A DNA stretch of 64,000 nt, from contig MU058636.1 in assembly GCA_013265495.1 (NCBI GenBank), positions 8,391,425-8,455,424 on the forward strand, in the 5' to 3' direction. This DNA comes from Vicugna vicugna. Lineage: Eukaryota. Below are positions 1-14,321 of this stretch, one piece after another. The translations under genes and the position numbers were made by a program. The notes under the pieces are model-generated. The model saw only the letters and a list, made by a program, of their open reading frames with translations. It was not told the DNA's origin and made no database searches. Numbering within the stretch: position 1 is the stretch's first letter; the number at the start of each line of letters is the position of its first letter.

Positions 1-1289
1 AAAAAGAAGTAGAATATACTCTTTTCTTTTGCCCCTTTCTTGCAAGCTGAGGTTGAGAAACAAATGCTGAGTGTATCTGCAGCAAGTAGATTATTCTGTT
101 ACCTGTTGCTTGTTTGAAGGCAACGCAAGGTACGAGTAGATGGCCTGGGAAGGAAAACAGAGGTGAATAGAATGCATATTTTAAAGCCTAAACATTTTTG
201 AAAATGTACACATCATACTGTGCCAAAAGATGTTTTTGTTATTTTGCCATATTGCTTAAGAAGTGAAATGCTGTAAAATATTTTTATTTTTGATGGTAAG
301 ATCCAAAAGAATGACACATCAAAATTTGCACTTATCACTTCACTTGGATTAGTCAAACCATAAGAAATAAGTGTTCTTCAAAAAATGTGCAGCCTGTTTT
401 GAGGAAAATATGGTTATCATTAATGTTACTTTTAATTTCCTTCCAGTCTTCTATCTGGTTCAAGCAGTGAATTTAAAATTTTTGTTTGGTAAGTTTATTG
501 CAAATGTGCCAAAATTTGACATCTGCAATTCTTAGTATATGCTATGTTAGGAAAAACAAAGTGTTCTTTTAATTAGGTATGATTTCAGACCCATAAGCAA
601 AACAGTGAAGTAATTTTTTCCATTTGCTTCCCAGGAACGGATGTTCTCCCAGATCAGTAGTTCTCAAGTAGGCTGGCATAATGGGATTAAGATTCAGCTG
701 AGGACTGTCTGTAAATTGTAAATGCTTCTTTTCCCTCACTAATACTCTATCCAGCTTCCTTCCAGCTATTTTGCCTTATGCTAGTTAAGAACAATTGCCA
801 GGCAGGATGCTATGCCCTGGGGCCACAAGGTTCAGGAACCTTTGCTCTTGCCTTCAGGGATTTGCTTTTTTCTTCCAATTTTGACGAGAAAACACTGCTA
901 TGATACAGTGGGATGCATGCTATGGTTGGTAAAATGTACTTGATAGAATCAGAATCTAAAATAAATGGGATAAATAACGCTTACCAGAAGAGGTGACATT
1001 TGAATTGACAGCCGAAAGATGAGAGGCTAATGTAGTAACCCAGATGAGAAATTACGGTAGAAAAGATTCATATCATGAGAGTGGTAATGAAGAAAAGACA
1101 ATGGAAACAAAATAGTGAATTCATCTTTACTTCAACTGGATGTCCAGAACATTTTAAAAAGGTCTTTTAGATACAGTTTTAAGCTGTCTACCTCCCAGAA
1201 AACTTTCATTAATAGTTTGTAACACAAAGCATCTTGTTTCCTGCTATGTAGAATCATTACTGAATCATTCCAATTAAAGAAAAAAAAAG

Positions 1290-2300
1290 CTTTTTCTTAA
1301 GAAATCACTTCTCTTGATTCCTCAGCCCTCTCCAAGTACTGCCTTGTTTTCTGTTTACTACAAAGACAAATTTGTCAAAAAAAAAAGTTGCATATTTCTG
1401 CTGCCTACATTCTTTAACTTTTCATCTTCTTGTCAATCCACTCTTGGCTTCTGCTCCCAATACTGCCCTTGCCAAGGCCCACAGTGACATTTTGTTGGAA
1501 TATTCCACGAGCACACTTCTGCCTTTGTCTTTCTTATTGTCCTACCATTGAGCAATGCTTTCATCCGCTCTGTTCTTGAAACAAGCCTGCTGTGATCTTG
1601 GTTTCTCTCTCCTCTCTGTTGTCACTCTGTCTTAATCTTGTTTCCTAGCCCCCCCACCAACAATCTCTAGCCACTGAAATTCTTCCGTATGCACATCCCT
1701 CCTTTCTTTTCTCTAACTTGTCTCCTAATCTGATCCATTCTATGATTTCAAAAAACAGCAGTGTGACAACACATGCATAGTTTATATCTCCTCTAGCTGA
1801 ACTATCTGCTCTCCAAAGCCTTTGTCCAAGAATCTGTTTGATGTATCCACTTGTATGCTTAGAGATCCCAAGAGTTATCACGTCCAAAATTGATCTTACC
1901 TTTTTTTTCTCCCAGACTTTCCTCTTTTATTAAATGGTACTGTCATCCAGCCAGTTACTCAAGTCAGGAACCTGGGGACCATCCTCGATTCCTTTCTCTC
2001 CTTCCACCTTCTACCCAGTCCATCACCAAGACTTGTCATTTCTACCTTCAAAATACACTGTATCACCATCATCTTCTCTTCATCTTCATTGCCACTACCT
2101 TTGTTCAAACCACCAGGATTTCTCCGTTGGATTGCCTCAGTAGCTTTCTAACTGGTCTTTGTTTCTCTTTTGTAGTACATCATATGCCAGATGTTCCTAC
2201 CTCTACTCTGTCCACAGAAAGCCTTAATGAATCTTTGCACCTGCTTTCTGCTTTTATAGACAAATTGTAGTCCCTGTATTCATGAACAGAACATAATGCC
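1290..2300 (+). mobile_element. L2 LINE remnant
   Basis: Pyrimidine-rich L2-type phrases (ccagtccatcaccaagacttgtcattctaccttcaaaata; gccactacctttgttcaaaccacc). Confidence 0.7.
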
Positions 2301-4017
2301 TGCCCATATGCCTTCCTTTTTGTAAGGGGGAAAGAAATGTTCTCTGTCTGTCTTATTTCTGTCTTCATAAGCATCTCCATACATTTTTTCACACATGGAT
2401 GGAGTACATGTAAATATAGTAGAGCATGAAATCACATAACTGAAGATTCAATTTTATAACTTTTCATTCTAATAGTGATGCATCTTAGTTTAAAAATTTT
2501 GTAACATGAAAAGTAGAATTTACCACTAAAGATAATTATTTTTAAGGTATTACCAAAAATTGTATTTTTTCCTATGCATACGTATTTTACTCAACTGGAT
2601 CTATGCTGTATATTCTCTGTAGTAACTTATTATGTAACATGTTATTCTTTTGTTCTTCTGATCAGTTTGTCAGGTTCTTCAAAAAAAAAATGTACTAAAA
2701 CATTTTCTGTTTGGATATTATTCTAGTAGCCAGAATGTACTCTCTTGAAGCATGACATTTTCTAGCACTATAAATGAATTTACAGTAAACATTTTAATAA
2801 GTGTATAGTGTGGTTCTCTAATTATTTCATTTGGATACTCTGTTGTTAGCTGAATTACTAGGCCAAAGGGTTGGCATGCTTCTAATTCAAAATAACCCTT
2901 TGGGAGGCTGGCCCTATTTATACTTTCACTACCAGACTAGGCGGGCACGCAGATGAACTGTCATGGTACAAGCGAGGGAATACAAGCAAGGAAAACCACA
3001 TTTTGCACAGAATGCTACTGTAGTTGTTATTAAAATATATTTTATAACTTCTATAATATGGATAACTTTTCTATTAAGAATACCATACTATCAGAACGTT
3101 AACTGTAACATTAGGTGTGTGGTGACCACAGACCCATAGGCTTCAGTGATAATTATTAGGGGAGAATGTCTAAAACTCATCAAAAATAAGAATATCCTAC
3201 TAAGCAGACCCTAGCTTGTATAAATCTCAGCCTGTGACTTAATATAGGTTTTGTCATTCTTTGGAAATTTGCCTTTGGCTGACAAATTAAATCTTATGTT
3301 TTTGGTGGTGAGTGTTAAAAAAAACTTCCAACAAGTATTTTCTAAACTACGAGAGATCATTTCCTCTTTAAATTATATGACATCCTCTATTAAAATATTT
3401 TATAGCTGGAAGGATAAAAGAAGTTGATAGTGATTTTTTTAGATCATAAATAAAGAACCCCTAGGTTCGAAAAGAACTGAATAGGGATTGATGATTTTTC
3501 ATAATTAATGTGTGTTTTCATGTGTTTTCTATGTTTTGAGAGGTGATTTATGTTCTATAAGGTTACGTTTTATTTAAAAGATAATAAGAATCAGAATTAG
3601 AATAAAAGGTTTCATGGCTCACATTTCCTTACCTGGATCAAGGAAACCTGTTTGGAAAAAGCAGTGAAGGCAGGTACAAGGGACGGCAGTAAAGAGGCTA
3701 TTGCTGCACAGGATGGAGCATCATCTGCAGCAGCAGATAATGGGGCGCCAGCTATAGAGAGCTCCGGCACATTTTATCTCCTGCTTTGAGAGAATGTTTG
3801 AACTATTACGATTAATCCTTTTGGTACCCAGGCACTCAATTTTACCTCACCATATATGCTAAATTATTACCGTACTATTAAGTTCCCATATTGCTCATCC
3901 AAACCTCACTCTCTCTGTGAAGCACGGACTCTCCTGATTACTCTCCTACATTACCTGCACATTCTCGGCTGACGTCAGTACAGAAGTCCCGAACAGGTTA
4001 TACGTTGTTGTATATTA

Positions 4018-4477
4018 ATGTGGTAGCTTTTTCTTGGGAGAAGTCTGGGTCTTTATCAAGTTATGTGCATTCTTCTTACCACATTCTCCTGCCCACAGTG
4101 ACTGGTCCAAAGAGTGAACATATAACATAACTCATGGAAGATCAATTGGTCTCCTTTCTAGGCATTGAAATATAAAACCGTCCTTTCTTCTGGGATTTCT
4201 GGACTGAGATTATTTGTAACCATGTTCCATACCATAGGTACAACCAGAAACAAAAACAAAAACAAAACCAAAAATCCAGGAAGAGCTAGAGTTTATTCGC
4301 CTTGAGTTTCTTGTTTCTGTTCCTAAGATTCAGGTCTGCAGCTCTTTTATTTATTGAAACTTGGGAGCTATTTGTACATATTTACTAGTATATAAACTAA
4401 TAATTTTATTGTTTTGTTTTTATTTATTAAGACTTGGCTTTCTGTTGTTTACATACTTGTGAATCCTGAATAATACA
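4018..4477 (+). mobile_element. Old MaLR (MLT1-like) solo LTR
   Basis: gcccacagtgactggtcca motif and 3' end ggctttctgttg...cctgaataataca. Confidence 0.5.
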
Positions 4478-5394
4478 CATGTGAAAATAAAAACGAAGAA
4501 ATCTGGTTAAAAGAAGTAATGTGTATTATTCAATTAGATAATGTGAGAATATAACATTTAATTTTTTTCCTAGCTCCTATTTGTAGTGATTCATAATATT
4601 GGAAAAATGGCATATTGCATTAAACATAGTATCATTCTGAATTCTGTGTCCATGCATTTCTATGTGCTCTGCACACAGACTTGAAAATAATTTATTGTTA
4701 TGCATATGAACAAATAACAATTGCAGTATTTGAAGACTAAGATTCTATATGTTTATGAAATTTCAGGAGCTTGTATTTGTGATTGAGTCAATGTTAGTGA
4801 GAGAGGTTTCATATTGGGGCCATCATTTTTACCAAATGCAATTGTTCATTAATAACATGGTATTAAAAGCCAAATAATCTCTCAAAACCCCAAAATGATA
4901 ATTTCAATGTAGTATTTATGTGTAAGATGTTCTTCTTTCTGAAGGAAAGAAAAAGAGCATCTGGAGTTCCCAGAACTATGTTCAGTGTGGTATTGGTTAT
5001 GAGCTTTTTTGCTTTACCTACATAAAGAATGTGCAGGAAGATGCAGCAGGGAGCCAAGTTCTTGCACATAGGAAGGGCTAGTATACCCAGGATCTAATTC
5101 TGGTTGGCTAAAATGAAGAGACTTTGAAGGATATCTTACATAAAACTTGTAAAATCTTAGACATTTTCCTGTGACTAATAATGACCAACAGATGTGTGCA
5201 GATGAACAACAGCTTGGGAAGAGTCTGAGACCACTTTTTTCCTCCAAATGTCTTGTTTACAGCCTTATTGTCTAGAAATGACTATTAAAGATGGAGAAAA
5301 ATTGGACCAATTCACAACTGGAAACACTACAATTTTGATTTAGGAGAAATTGTTGAAAAGTATCCAATAAACTTTTGAACAGAAGAATACATTT

Positions 5395-6090
5395 GTTTCA
5401 GTCATTATTTATTAAATATAACCTATGTGAAACATACTTAATTAAGAGCCATAGAGATACCAACATGGAAAAAAGTAGCCCTTTCTCTCATAATCTAAAG
5501 TTTTGTAGGAAAGATAACACGTATATATAGCTTTGTGTTTGCTGAATGAATTAATGCAAGAGAGATACAAGATTGGCTATCATGTGGGATCATAGAGGGT
5601 CCACTGAAGCCGTACATGAGATCAGAAGAGGAGGAGTTGGTTGACTGGGCAAATCAAGATGGGTGCCATGGACAATATGGGATTTAAGCTGAACCTTCCA
5701 CATGGGGAGGAAAGAGATGTGGTAACTCTCACACCAGGCATGCCTAGAAAGTCAGGAGCAATTCAGTCTGGTTGGTGTACCCAGTATTTGTCAAAGTTTT
5801 GTGTGATGTTGTGTTAATTTGAAGGGCACTGTTTATGCCTGGATAAAAGTTTAGACTTCTGTAGTTAAGTGAAAGTGCTCAACGTTGATGAGCATAGTAG
5901 TAACACCATCAGAGCTGAGTTTTAGGAATAAAAATTAGTTAATTTTTTAAATGTGAAATAAGATAAGAAACACGAGAAGTAGGATCCCCAGTTGAGAAAC
6001 TATTGCTATAGTCCAGAAAATAAGTCATAAGGGTCTAAAGGATCGTAATGGGGTTCAAGGCCAGATTCAGGGAAAACTGAGAAAAGTGAT
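5395..6090 (-). mobile_element. L2 remnant
   Basis: cattatttattaaatataacctatgtg L2 3' end followed by purine-rich L2 body. Confidence 0.55.
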
Positions 6091-6099
6091 TCAATCTCT

Positions 6100-6320
6100 C
6101 ACATAGTTAAGAGCTCAGACTATAAAACTATGCTATCTGGATTCAGATTCTGTTTCTGCTTCTTGCTAATCTAGGCAAATTATTTAAACTGTCTGTGATC
6201 CAGTTTTGTCTTCTCTGAAATAGAGATAAAAATTATTCTTAGCTCCTAGAATTGTTAGGAGGATTTGTACAAAGTGTTCAACAGGTTATGTCATATAACG
6301 TGCCAAGTTGATGTTATTTG
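6100..6320 (+). mobile_element. MIR SINE
   Basis: ggcaaattatttaaactgtctgtgatccagttttgtcttctctgaaatagagata core. Confidence 0.65.
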
Positions 6321-7414
6321 TTTTGAAAATCATTCTTGTTGCTGTATAACTTCTGGGTTCCACTGGAAATGTCAGGTTGTCTGAGAGGTGGTTGCTTATA
6401 AGTGTGAAATAGAAAGCCATCAGAAAGCTATTTGCCAGTGTGAGTTCACTGAGAAAAAAAATAAGTCTAACCAAGTAATGACCAAGAAAGATGGAAACAT
6501 TTGTTAGAACAAAGGCACAGGGTGATGACATAACAGGGGAAGAGGTAGTAAGTAGATGACCAGAGAAGCTAGAAAAATAAAGCTGAGGATTTGTTCAGTG
6601 CAGATGATGCAGGGCATCTGGGGAAACTAGATCCAAGAATGAGATAAGGGTTGAATTTCCCCTCTTGAATGTTCATCGCTTGTACAAGGGCATGTCGGTC
6701 TTCTTTAATGAGGTCTGCACAGGCTCCAAGTTGAAAATTCAGGTCCACTTAATAAGATTACCCTTTGTTATTACCCCTAAGTTATGCTTTTTTGAATGTA
6801 TTGTCTATGCCAACCCTTGTGTAAGGCAATGGGGAGTACACATGTGACTAAAACACAGATCTATTTCTTGATAAGGAGATGTGAGTGTTTCATATAATGC
6901 AAGCTATGGGATGTGTAAAAGAAGGAAGAGCATGAAAGTCTGATAGATGGTATGTGTAGTGAAGGATGAAGTGGTGGAGAGAAGAAAAAGAAAAACCTTG
7001 TGTTAAAAAGAAGAAATTAAATATTAGAGGGATATATTAAGAGAAGACATTTTATGTCTAACAGGAGGGAAAAAGTGGAGGAAAAAAGCAAGAATAATGG
7101 AAATCATCACGGACTGGGATCAATGATGAGTAAATGAGGCAGTGAGGTGGTCCATGGAAGTCTGAAGGAAATGCTGAGGCTCTGGTATGTGTAAGGACTT
7201 ACATGTTCCTTACCATTTACATACAAATTCCATTAGCAATGTTTTTCAATGATACATGAGCAACTATCCACTTAAAATATGTTTTCTGACTGTAAATATC
7301 AACGTTAGAAGATGTATACAGTAAGGAAAATGCTGATGGGATATAAATATCCCTTTGATACTTTGTCAATATTTTGGATAATGTTCTTCCAAAGTTTTGA
7401 CACTTATTATTAAT

Positions 7415-7700
7415 AGACTTATTCACAAATTCAATATTGAAGATTAGTATGTAACAAAGCCTGTTGCAGACATTAAGGATATAGCTGTGAACAAAACAGA
7501 CTAGATCCCTACCTTCATGGAGTTTATATTCTAGTGAGGGGTGGTGGATGCACAATAAATATTAAATATTATTACTAAATTTTGTTAAAAGAGATTTTTA
7601 AGTGCCAGGATCGGGTCAGTTTGCAATTTTAGGTAAGGTAGTTAGTGTAGGTCTCACTGAGAAGGAGATATTTGGGCAAATTCTTGAAGAAGATGAGTGA
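7415..7700 (-). mobile_element. L2 3' end
   Basis: gtgaacaaaacagactagatccctaccttcatggagtttatattctagtg. Confidence 0.7.
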
Positions 7701-7869
7701 TATTTTATATATTATACTTTATTATGCTATGTATACATTATACTGTATAAATAGGTTTAAACAATACAATTTCCTTTTCAAATTTTATTTAGTATAAATT
7801 TTTCTGTCTTTAAACACATATTAAAAAGCTGTCATAATCTAATCTGAACATTCAGGTTACTTATAAAAT

Positions 7870-7985
7870 GTTTTTTGTGGTTATGTAAGATGTTAATGTT
7901 AGGGGCACCTGGGTCAAGGATAAACAGAAACTCTGTGAATTATCTTTGCAACTTTCCCCTAAATTTAAAATTATTTAAATAATAT
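7870..7985 (+). mobile_element. L1M 3'-end fragment
   Basis: gaaactctgtgaattatctttgcaactttcc...taaaattatt terminal motif. Confidence 0.6.
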
Positions 7986-8699
7986 GTTTATTAGAAATGT
8001 TTTGTTATTGTAAGCGATCTGAAGACATTTGTACCCACAAATCTTTGTACTTAGATGCCAGCATACTCTTAGGAGTTACTAAGTAAGTGTATATAAAATT
8101 TTAAGCTGTTGATATAATTTCCAAAAAGAATATGCCAGCAATTCTCCCATGTACTTCTGTTTTCACCAATATTTAGTATTGTTTTTAGATTTGCCCAATT
8201 TTAGTATTATATTGTGAATATTTGCACTTTTGGAATGGTTGTGGAGTGATTCTGATTTTAGGCAGAATAGGACTGAGCAAACACTGAGTTTCCTGCTGCT
8301 GCAGAGAGCTGTGAGCATGGGCATAGAACCATGTTTCCAAACAAGGGGAGCGGGACAGCGCAGCAGCAGTGGCCAGGGCCAAACTGCCAGGGACAGCATG
8401 GGAATGTGCACACCTCGGGCAGACGAGGAGAGCTGAGCAACGGACAGTTCCAACTATGTCTAAAATCACAGCTGCCTCCAATCTCCATGTGTTTACAGGC
8501 GGTCCAGTACCTTCCGTCCACACCTTGAGATCGCTGCATATGCCCACTGGAACTAGAGACTGGATATCTAAAAAGTAAGTGGACGAAAAACATGTGCATT
8601 CAAATCTATATGTTTTGGGAATATTTACAATTGACCAAAGATTAAGTTTTCTGCCATCTTAATGAATGTGACTAGAAATAGAGACTAACTCATTAATAG

Positions 8700-8835
8700 T
8701 GTTACCAAGTCCAAACTTATACTTCCGAACACACAGCAGGCCAGTAAATCAAAAGACATGTTGTTGGGGCAAGGAATAACGACTTTATTTGGAAAGCCAA
8801 GAGACCAAGAAGATGGTGGACTCGTTCCTTGAAAG
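8700..8835 (-). mobile_element. ERV LTR 3' (R/U5) fragment
   Basis: On - strand AATAAAgtcgttattccttgccccaac...ggtaaCA terminus. Confidence 0.6.
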
Positions 8836-10720
8836 ATAAAAACTACCAAATCTCACTCAAGAAAAAAAATCTGAATAGCCTTATGTCTATTAAAGAAATT
8901 GGATTGTAGTTAAGTTTTTTCTTCAAAGAAAACCCCAGTCCTTAATGACTTTACTGATGAATTCTATCAAACATTTAAGGAGGAAAAAATGACCAGTTCT
9001 ACACAAAACAGTTTCTAAAAGTTGAAGAGAATTATTCCCAACTCATCCTGTGAGATCTACTTTGCCATTATACCAAACTCACAGAGATTACAATGAAAGA
9101 AAATATAAACCAATATCCTTCATGAACATACATGTAAAAATTCTTAAAACTTTCATAAATTGAATATATTATGACCAAGCAGAATTCATTCCAGAATAAA
9201 TTTATGAAGGGGGTGAAGGATTTAACATTTAAAATTGTCAATGTAGAAAACTCGATGTAATCTACAAAAGTCACTAGAACCAGTAAGTGAATTTAACAAG
9301 GTTGTTGAATACAAGATCCATACACAGAAAAAAAAATCAGTAACTGAAATAAAACAATGTCTTTTGTAATACCATCAAAAATATCAAGTACTTAAGAAGA
9401 ATCTACAGAAGATGTGCAATACATTTAATATGTTAAAGCATTGGTAAGGTAACTAAGGAAGACCTATATAAACTGAGAGATACATTTTGTTCATGGTTTA
9501 GAAACTCAAGATTGTGAAGGTTATGATTATCTCCAGACTGATCCATAGATTCAACACAATTTCAGTTAAAAGTCCAACAGATATCTTTGTTGTATGTGTA
9601 GAAATTGCCAAATTGATCTAAAAATTCATCTGGAAATGCAAGAACTTAAAATAGCCAAAACAACTTTGAAAAAGATGAGGCAAAGTTGGAGTTCTAACCC
9701 TATCTGATTTCTTGATTTATTTTAAACGTACTCTAATCCAGTGTGGAGCATTTCAATTAAGTGTGGCATTTCAAATAAGATAGACAAATAGATTAATGGA
9801 ACAGAGTAGAAGGAAAGAAACAGAAATATGTTCACAAATATATGGATTTTTGACAAATATAAAAGCAAATTAGTAGACAAAGGAGAATCTTTTCAGAAAA
9901 TGGTGCTGGAATAATCGGCTAGCTAGAGAGAAAAAGAAGAACCTCAGTTCGTACCTAGTACCATAAACAAAAATAATTCAAAATGGATCAAATACCTCAT
10001 GTAAAACCTAAATCTAATAAAACTTCCAAAAGAAAATGTATCAGAAAATTTTTGTGACCTTGATTAATAAAAGATTTTGAAAATATTATACCAAAAGTAT
10101 AACCATAAGAAAAAAGGTAAAATAGGCTTTGGTATCTTCAGAAAGAATGCTAAGGGAATGAAAAGAGAAGTCCCACACTGAGAGAAAATATTTGCACCTC
10201 TTAAAGCTGGTAAAGGACTTATATCCATGATATATGAAGAACTCTCAAAACTCAATATTTAAAAAATAAACAAAAACAAGCCAGTTCATATTGGCAAAGG
10301 ATTTGAACAGACACATACTTCACCAAAGAAAATAAACAAATATTAAATAAACAGATGAAAAACAAACATTAGGGATGTGCAAATTAAAGCCACAATGAGA
10401 TACCACTGCCCACCTGTTAGAATAGCTAACACTGAAAAGACTGACCATGTCGGATGTTGGCAAGAAGAACAGGAACCCTCACATACCCCTGGTGGGAATG
10501 CCAAACCATAGAACACCTGTGGTGCGTGGTTTGGCAGTTTCCTAAAACTTTAATCATATACCTTTCATGGAGTCCTGCCATGTCCCTTCCTCCATACAAA
10601 TCCAAGAGAAAGGAAAGCCAAAGAAGAGCCAGACACACTGTGTGATTCAATTTATATAAAGGTCTGGAAACGCTGTTATCTGTAGGTGACAGAAAGTAGG
10701 TCAGTGGCTGCTTGAAGACT
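8836..10720 (+). mobile_element. Old L1 (L1M) ORF2/3' remnant with internal deletions
   Basis: A-rich L1 phrases: gaattctatcaaacatttaaggagga, atgcaaattaaagccacaatgagataccact, ttggcagtttcctaaaa; ORF broken. Confidence 0.9.
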
Positions 10721-12599
10721 GTGGTCTCAACAGAAGTCTCTAGAAAGTAGTATTTCTCCAAGTCAGGGTGGTGGACCTTATGCATCAGGATTAATTGGAA
10801 GGACTTACAGTAAAATTCAGTCTTAAGTTCCCACTTATGCAGAGGTTGGTTAGAAAAAAGAACTTACATAGTGCAGAGTAAGCACAATTTTGAAAACAGA
10901 CATGTTTGCTCTACTCAGGTTTGTGCTTGTTGGGTCGTGGGCATGTGGTAAATTGACTGATGGCCTGATTTGAGAGTACAGGGCAAAAGGAGAAAGAAAA
11001 GTGATGTAAATTCATTGAGGCTCATTTTTTAAATATAAAATCTGAGATAATAAAACTTCGGGATTTGTAAAGGAGTAAGTATTGTGTGTAAATCACATGC
11101 TACTCTACAGCTTCGATTTGTAGCAAGTGTTCCAGTAGGGTTGAACTTTATTTTATTTACTTATTTATTTGTTTGTTTGTTTATCAGTCTACTTACCTAT
11201 TTTAGATTCTTATTTTGCAGTTTTAAATTCTTCTTTATTCATGTATTTTAACCGTATTTCTCATTTTTATTATAGATTGATTTATTTATATTTTTATTAA
11301 TAATTTCTCTTTAACTTTCATCCTTCAGTACGTTTGCATGTGTCACTTGGCTGTCCTTTATCAGAGATATGCTAGATTTTTGTATGTATACTAGCCAAAA
11401 CAATAAGAATAAGAATAAGAATGATAACAATAAGAATAAGCAGGGCCTTAAAAGCCTGAAGGGGCTAAATGAATGAATCCGTACACTCTTTGTTCTGTGC
11501 AATCAACCGGTGATCTTCCAGAGAATCACTATCGACATGCTATCTGTCGGAACAGCCATTTGTGTTGACGACAGTGTAGTATATTCTACCAGCACCACCT
11601 TACGTAACCACCTCCTTTGAATCATTCTGGGTAAGTCATGGCCACACTTTGTCCAGTGGAGACTGAAGTCTGAAGATTCTCTACATGAGTACTGAGTTGG
11701 TAGGATGTTTTGTTTCCTGGCAGGGGCTCTAAATGCTAGACATAGATCTCAGTCCCGACCCAGACTAGGAAGCGTTCTGGAAAACCCAGGCTATCCAGCA
11801 CTTCCTCCGTCAGGGGCACTGTCAGAACTTTACATCTCACTTCCTTACCCCAGTTGCTCCTCAGAGAACCAGTGCTTTTCAGCTACCCCAAATCTTATCA
11901 GGTCCTTAGTGTTACTCTAGACTGAGCCTCCGATGCAAGCTGGACACCTGTGGTCAAGACTGGCATCTTCAGTTTGCTCTTCCTCGGTCTTAAACAGTGT
12001 CAGTGACCAGCTTCCACTGCACGGTACAGTGTATTACACTGTCACCACTCGGTTTCTCAGCAGTATGGATTCTCTTCTCTGTTTGCTCTTATCTCAACTA
12101 GTCCAATCTAAGGATGATGCTTGTTGAGATCTGAGTAATCAAACTGATCGCCTTCTCATTCTCAGCAAGCAAATATTTTTCTTCCCCTCCTTTGCCATGC
12201 AGTAGACTCTTCAAGGCTTAGTTAAGGGCATCTCTGTGGCTCCTTCTATGCTAGCACAAGCCTAGGAATATTTAATTGGTGTATTTGTGCTTGTGTAGTG
12301 CTGTTTATTTCTCTGTTACAGCCCGTGGTACACTGCGGATTATTGGTGATTTGTCTCTTTACACTTTGAAGGTAGTAGTTGTCTGATTCATCTTTTGAAC
12401 CCTCACAATTTAGCACAGTTTCAGGGTAATGTTATATACTCAGCTGATGTTTAATTATTGCTTCATTGTATAATAATTCTTTATATAGCATATAGTTTTA
12501 AAAATTCAAAACACACTAGATTCATTCAATTTCCTTTAATGAGTATTTGTTTAAAAAAAGACAGATATAAAGTCCTGTTGACAAGTCCAAACCTCTTAT

Positions 12600-13276
12600 T
12601 AACTTAAATCTTGAGTTTTCTGAATAACCCAATTTGAAGTAATTCTCTTTATACCTGAAAAATGGATTTATTGAAATGTTTGAGATAAAAATATGTATTG
12701 CAAGAAGCATAAGGCAAACATTTCAAGAGTAAAAAATGAGTTGTAGAAATAGCATAATTTACTGGTAAACCCACATTGTATTAAAAATTGCAAAGCGTTT
12801 TGATGTAAAGTTTTGTTTTTGTTATTATTTTTTAATGCTGAGCATCCGCTTTTATTTATCCATTTCCCATGGACCGGTAACTCCTTGCATGCATTTTATC
12901 TATCCATTATATAAATTCAAGGCTCCATCTTCTCAGTGGTATAACAGCTCATCACTCTGTGATTTGAATTGTAATGAATCCAGTGACAAGGATTTCCTCT
13001 GATGGATTCCAAAGTTAGCCAGAAATTGTAATGTCAGGATGTACAAGCCTGTAAGGTGTTAGGCTCCCCTAACCCACAGGAGGCTAAACCCACAATTTCC
13101 CTCATGTTTTTCATTCAGAAAAAAAACTGCTGTATTTGCATTCAGAATTGTTCAGTGATTGCTTTTTTGTGTTGGCGGTTCGTTTCTTCAGGTCAAAGTG
13201 GCTCTCATATTTTTCCTTTAAGATCAGGTTATTGATTTTAGGGTTGCATAAACTTTGTCATCTGGTTTCTGGGTTT
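12600..13276 (-). other. POSTN: POSTN 3'UTR (distal end approximate)
   Basis: Follows the stop codon; resembles the human POSTN 3'UTR as recalled; contains AATAAA signals. Confidence 0.85.
12667..12672 (-). terminator. Polyadenylation signal AATAAA (likely main, distal)
   Basis: tttatt on + strand, ~600 nt after the stop codon. Confidence 0.75.
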
Positions 13277-13314
13277 TCACTGAGGATGATCTTCCCTTAA
13301 TCGTCTCCGAGATC
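13277..13314 (-). CDS. POSTN: POSTN exon 23 coding part
   Basis: GSRRRLREDHPQ then TGA (13279-13277); basic C-terminal tail. Confidence 0.95.
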
Positions 13315-14321
13315 CTGATGAGGAAGAAGGGAGAACACATAGATTGTACATGTGATGAAACTTTAATGTTTAAGAATATGATACTCTGTACATAACTAAA
13401 TCTATAAAAGACCATCATTTCTTGTTCTAATAAATGTTAGATTATGTTTTTAATAATATCTTCTGTTTATGATAATGTTTGGTCAAGTATCTTTTGACCA
13501 AAGGTATATAAAAATAATTTGAAGTGATAATTTTAGTTCTTTAGAAAATTTGGATGGATCTGTATGTTTCAAAGAAATTCCTGATAAATCCTTCAGTTAA
13601 AACATATTTGTACAATTGAACCTTTAGTTTCAAATGTCTACATTGAACTGGGTTAAACTCAGCCATGCCTATAATGCATTTATAAGCCTTGTGACTTCTT
13701 TTGTCTATTAGTATATCATTATCTTAGAAATTCCAAACATGTAACTTATTCTAAGTTCCACAAGGGAAATCTTTGATTTTTGAATGTATCAGAATGTAAA
13801 GTAACCTAAGTGGAAGACTACAAAATATACAAGAATGGAGTTATAAAGAAAATAATAGTTCATGCAAGATATATGCCATCTGTATAACCTAACGCATTTT
13901 TCAAAATTCTGTGCATAGTTGTAGTAACCATTTTCTGTATGTATACATAGAGCTATGAATTTATTTATGTCTCAAACTGTGACCTGATCTTAAATATTTG
14001 CAGAGAGTTCATGTCCATCTACAACCTATTTTTACTTGGCTCTGGTATTCAAGAATTTCTTTTCAAATTAACTCTACTTGAGTCTCCCTCAGTGGTTCAA
14101 AATGTCTAGCAGTTTACATGAGTATAATTGCCTTTCCTTTAACATGTGTTACTCTTTTTTCTACTAATAGGGAATAACATGAGTAATTTGTTTTCTGACT
14201 CACATCATCAAAATACTTTGCTCAAGGTAAAATATATCAAAACACTCTCCTTTTCTTTGGTTTGTCTTAATGTAGCAAAAGGTGTATCGTATATGCAAAT
14301 TACCATAGTCAGTATATTTAC

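Noticed and set aside
628..637. STAT6-type TTC-N4-GAA site (ttcccaggaa), attractive because POSTN is IL-4/IL-13 inducible
   Set aside because: Isolated motif 12 kb past the gene; several are expected by chance
8163..8599. Six overlapping ORFs
   Set aside because: Result of locally high GC; no homology or splice structure recognised
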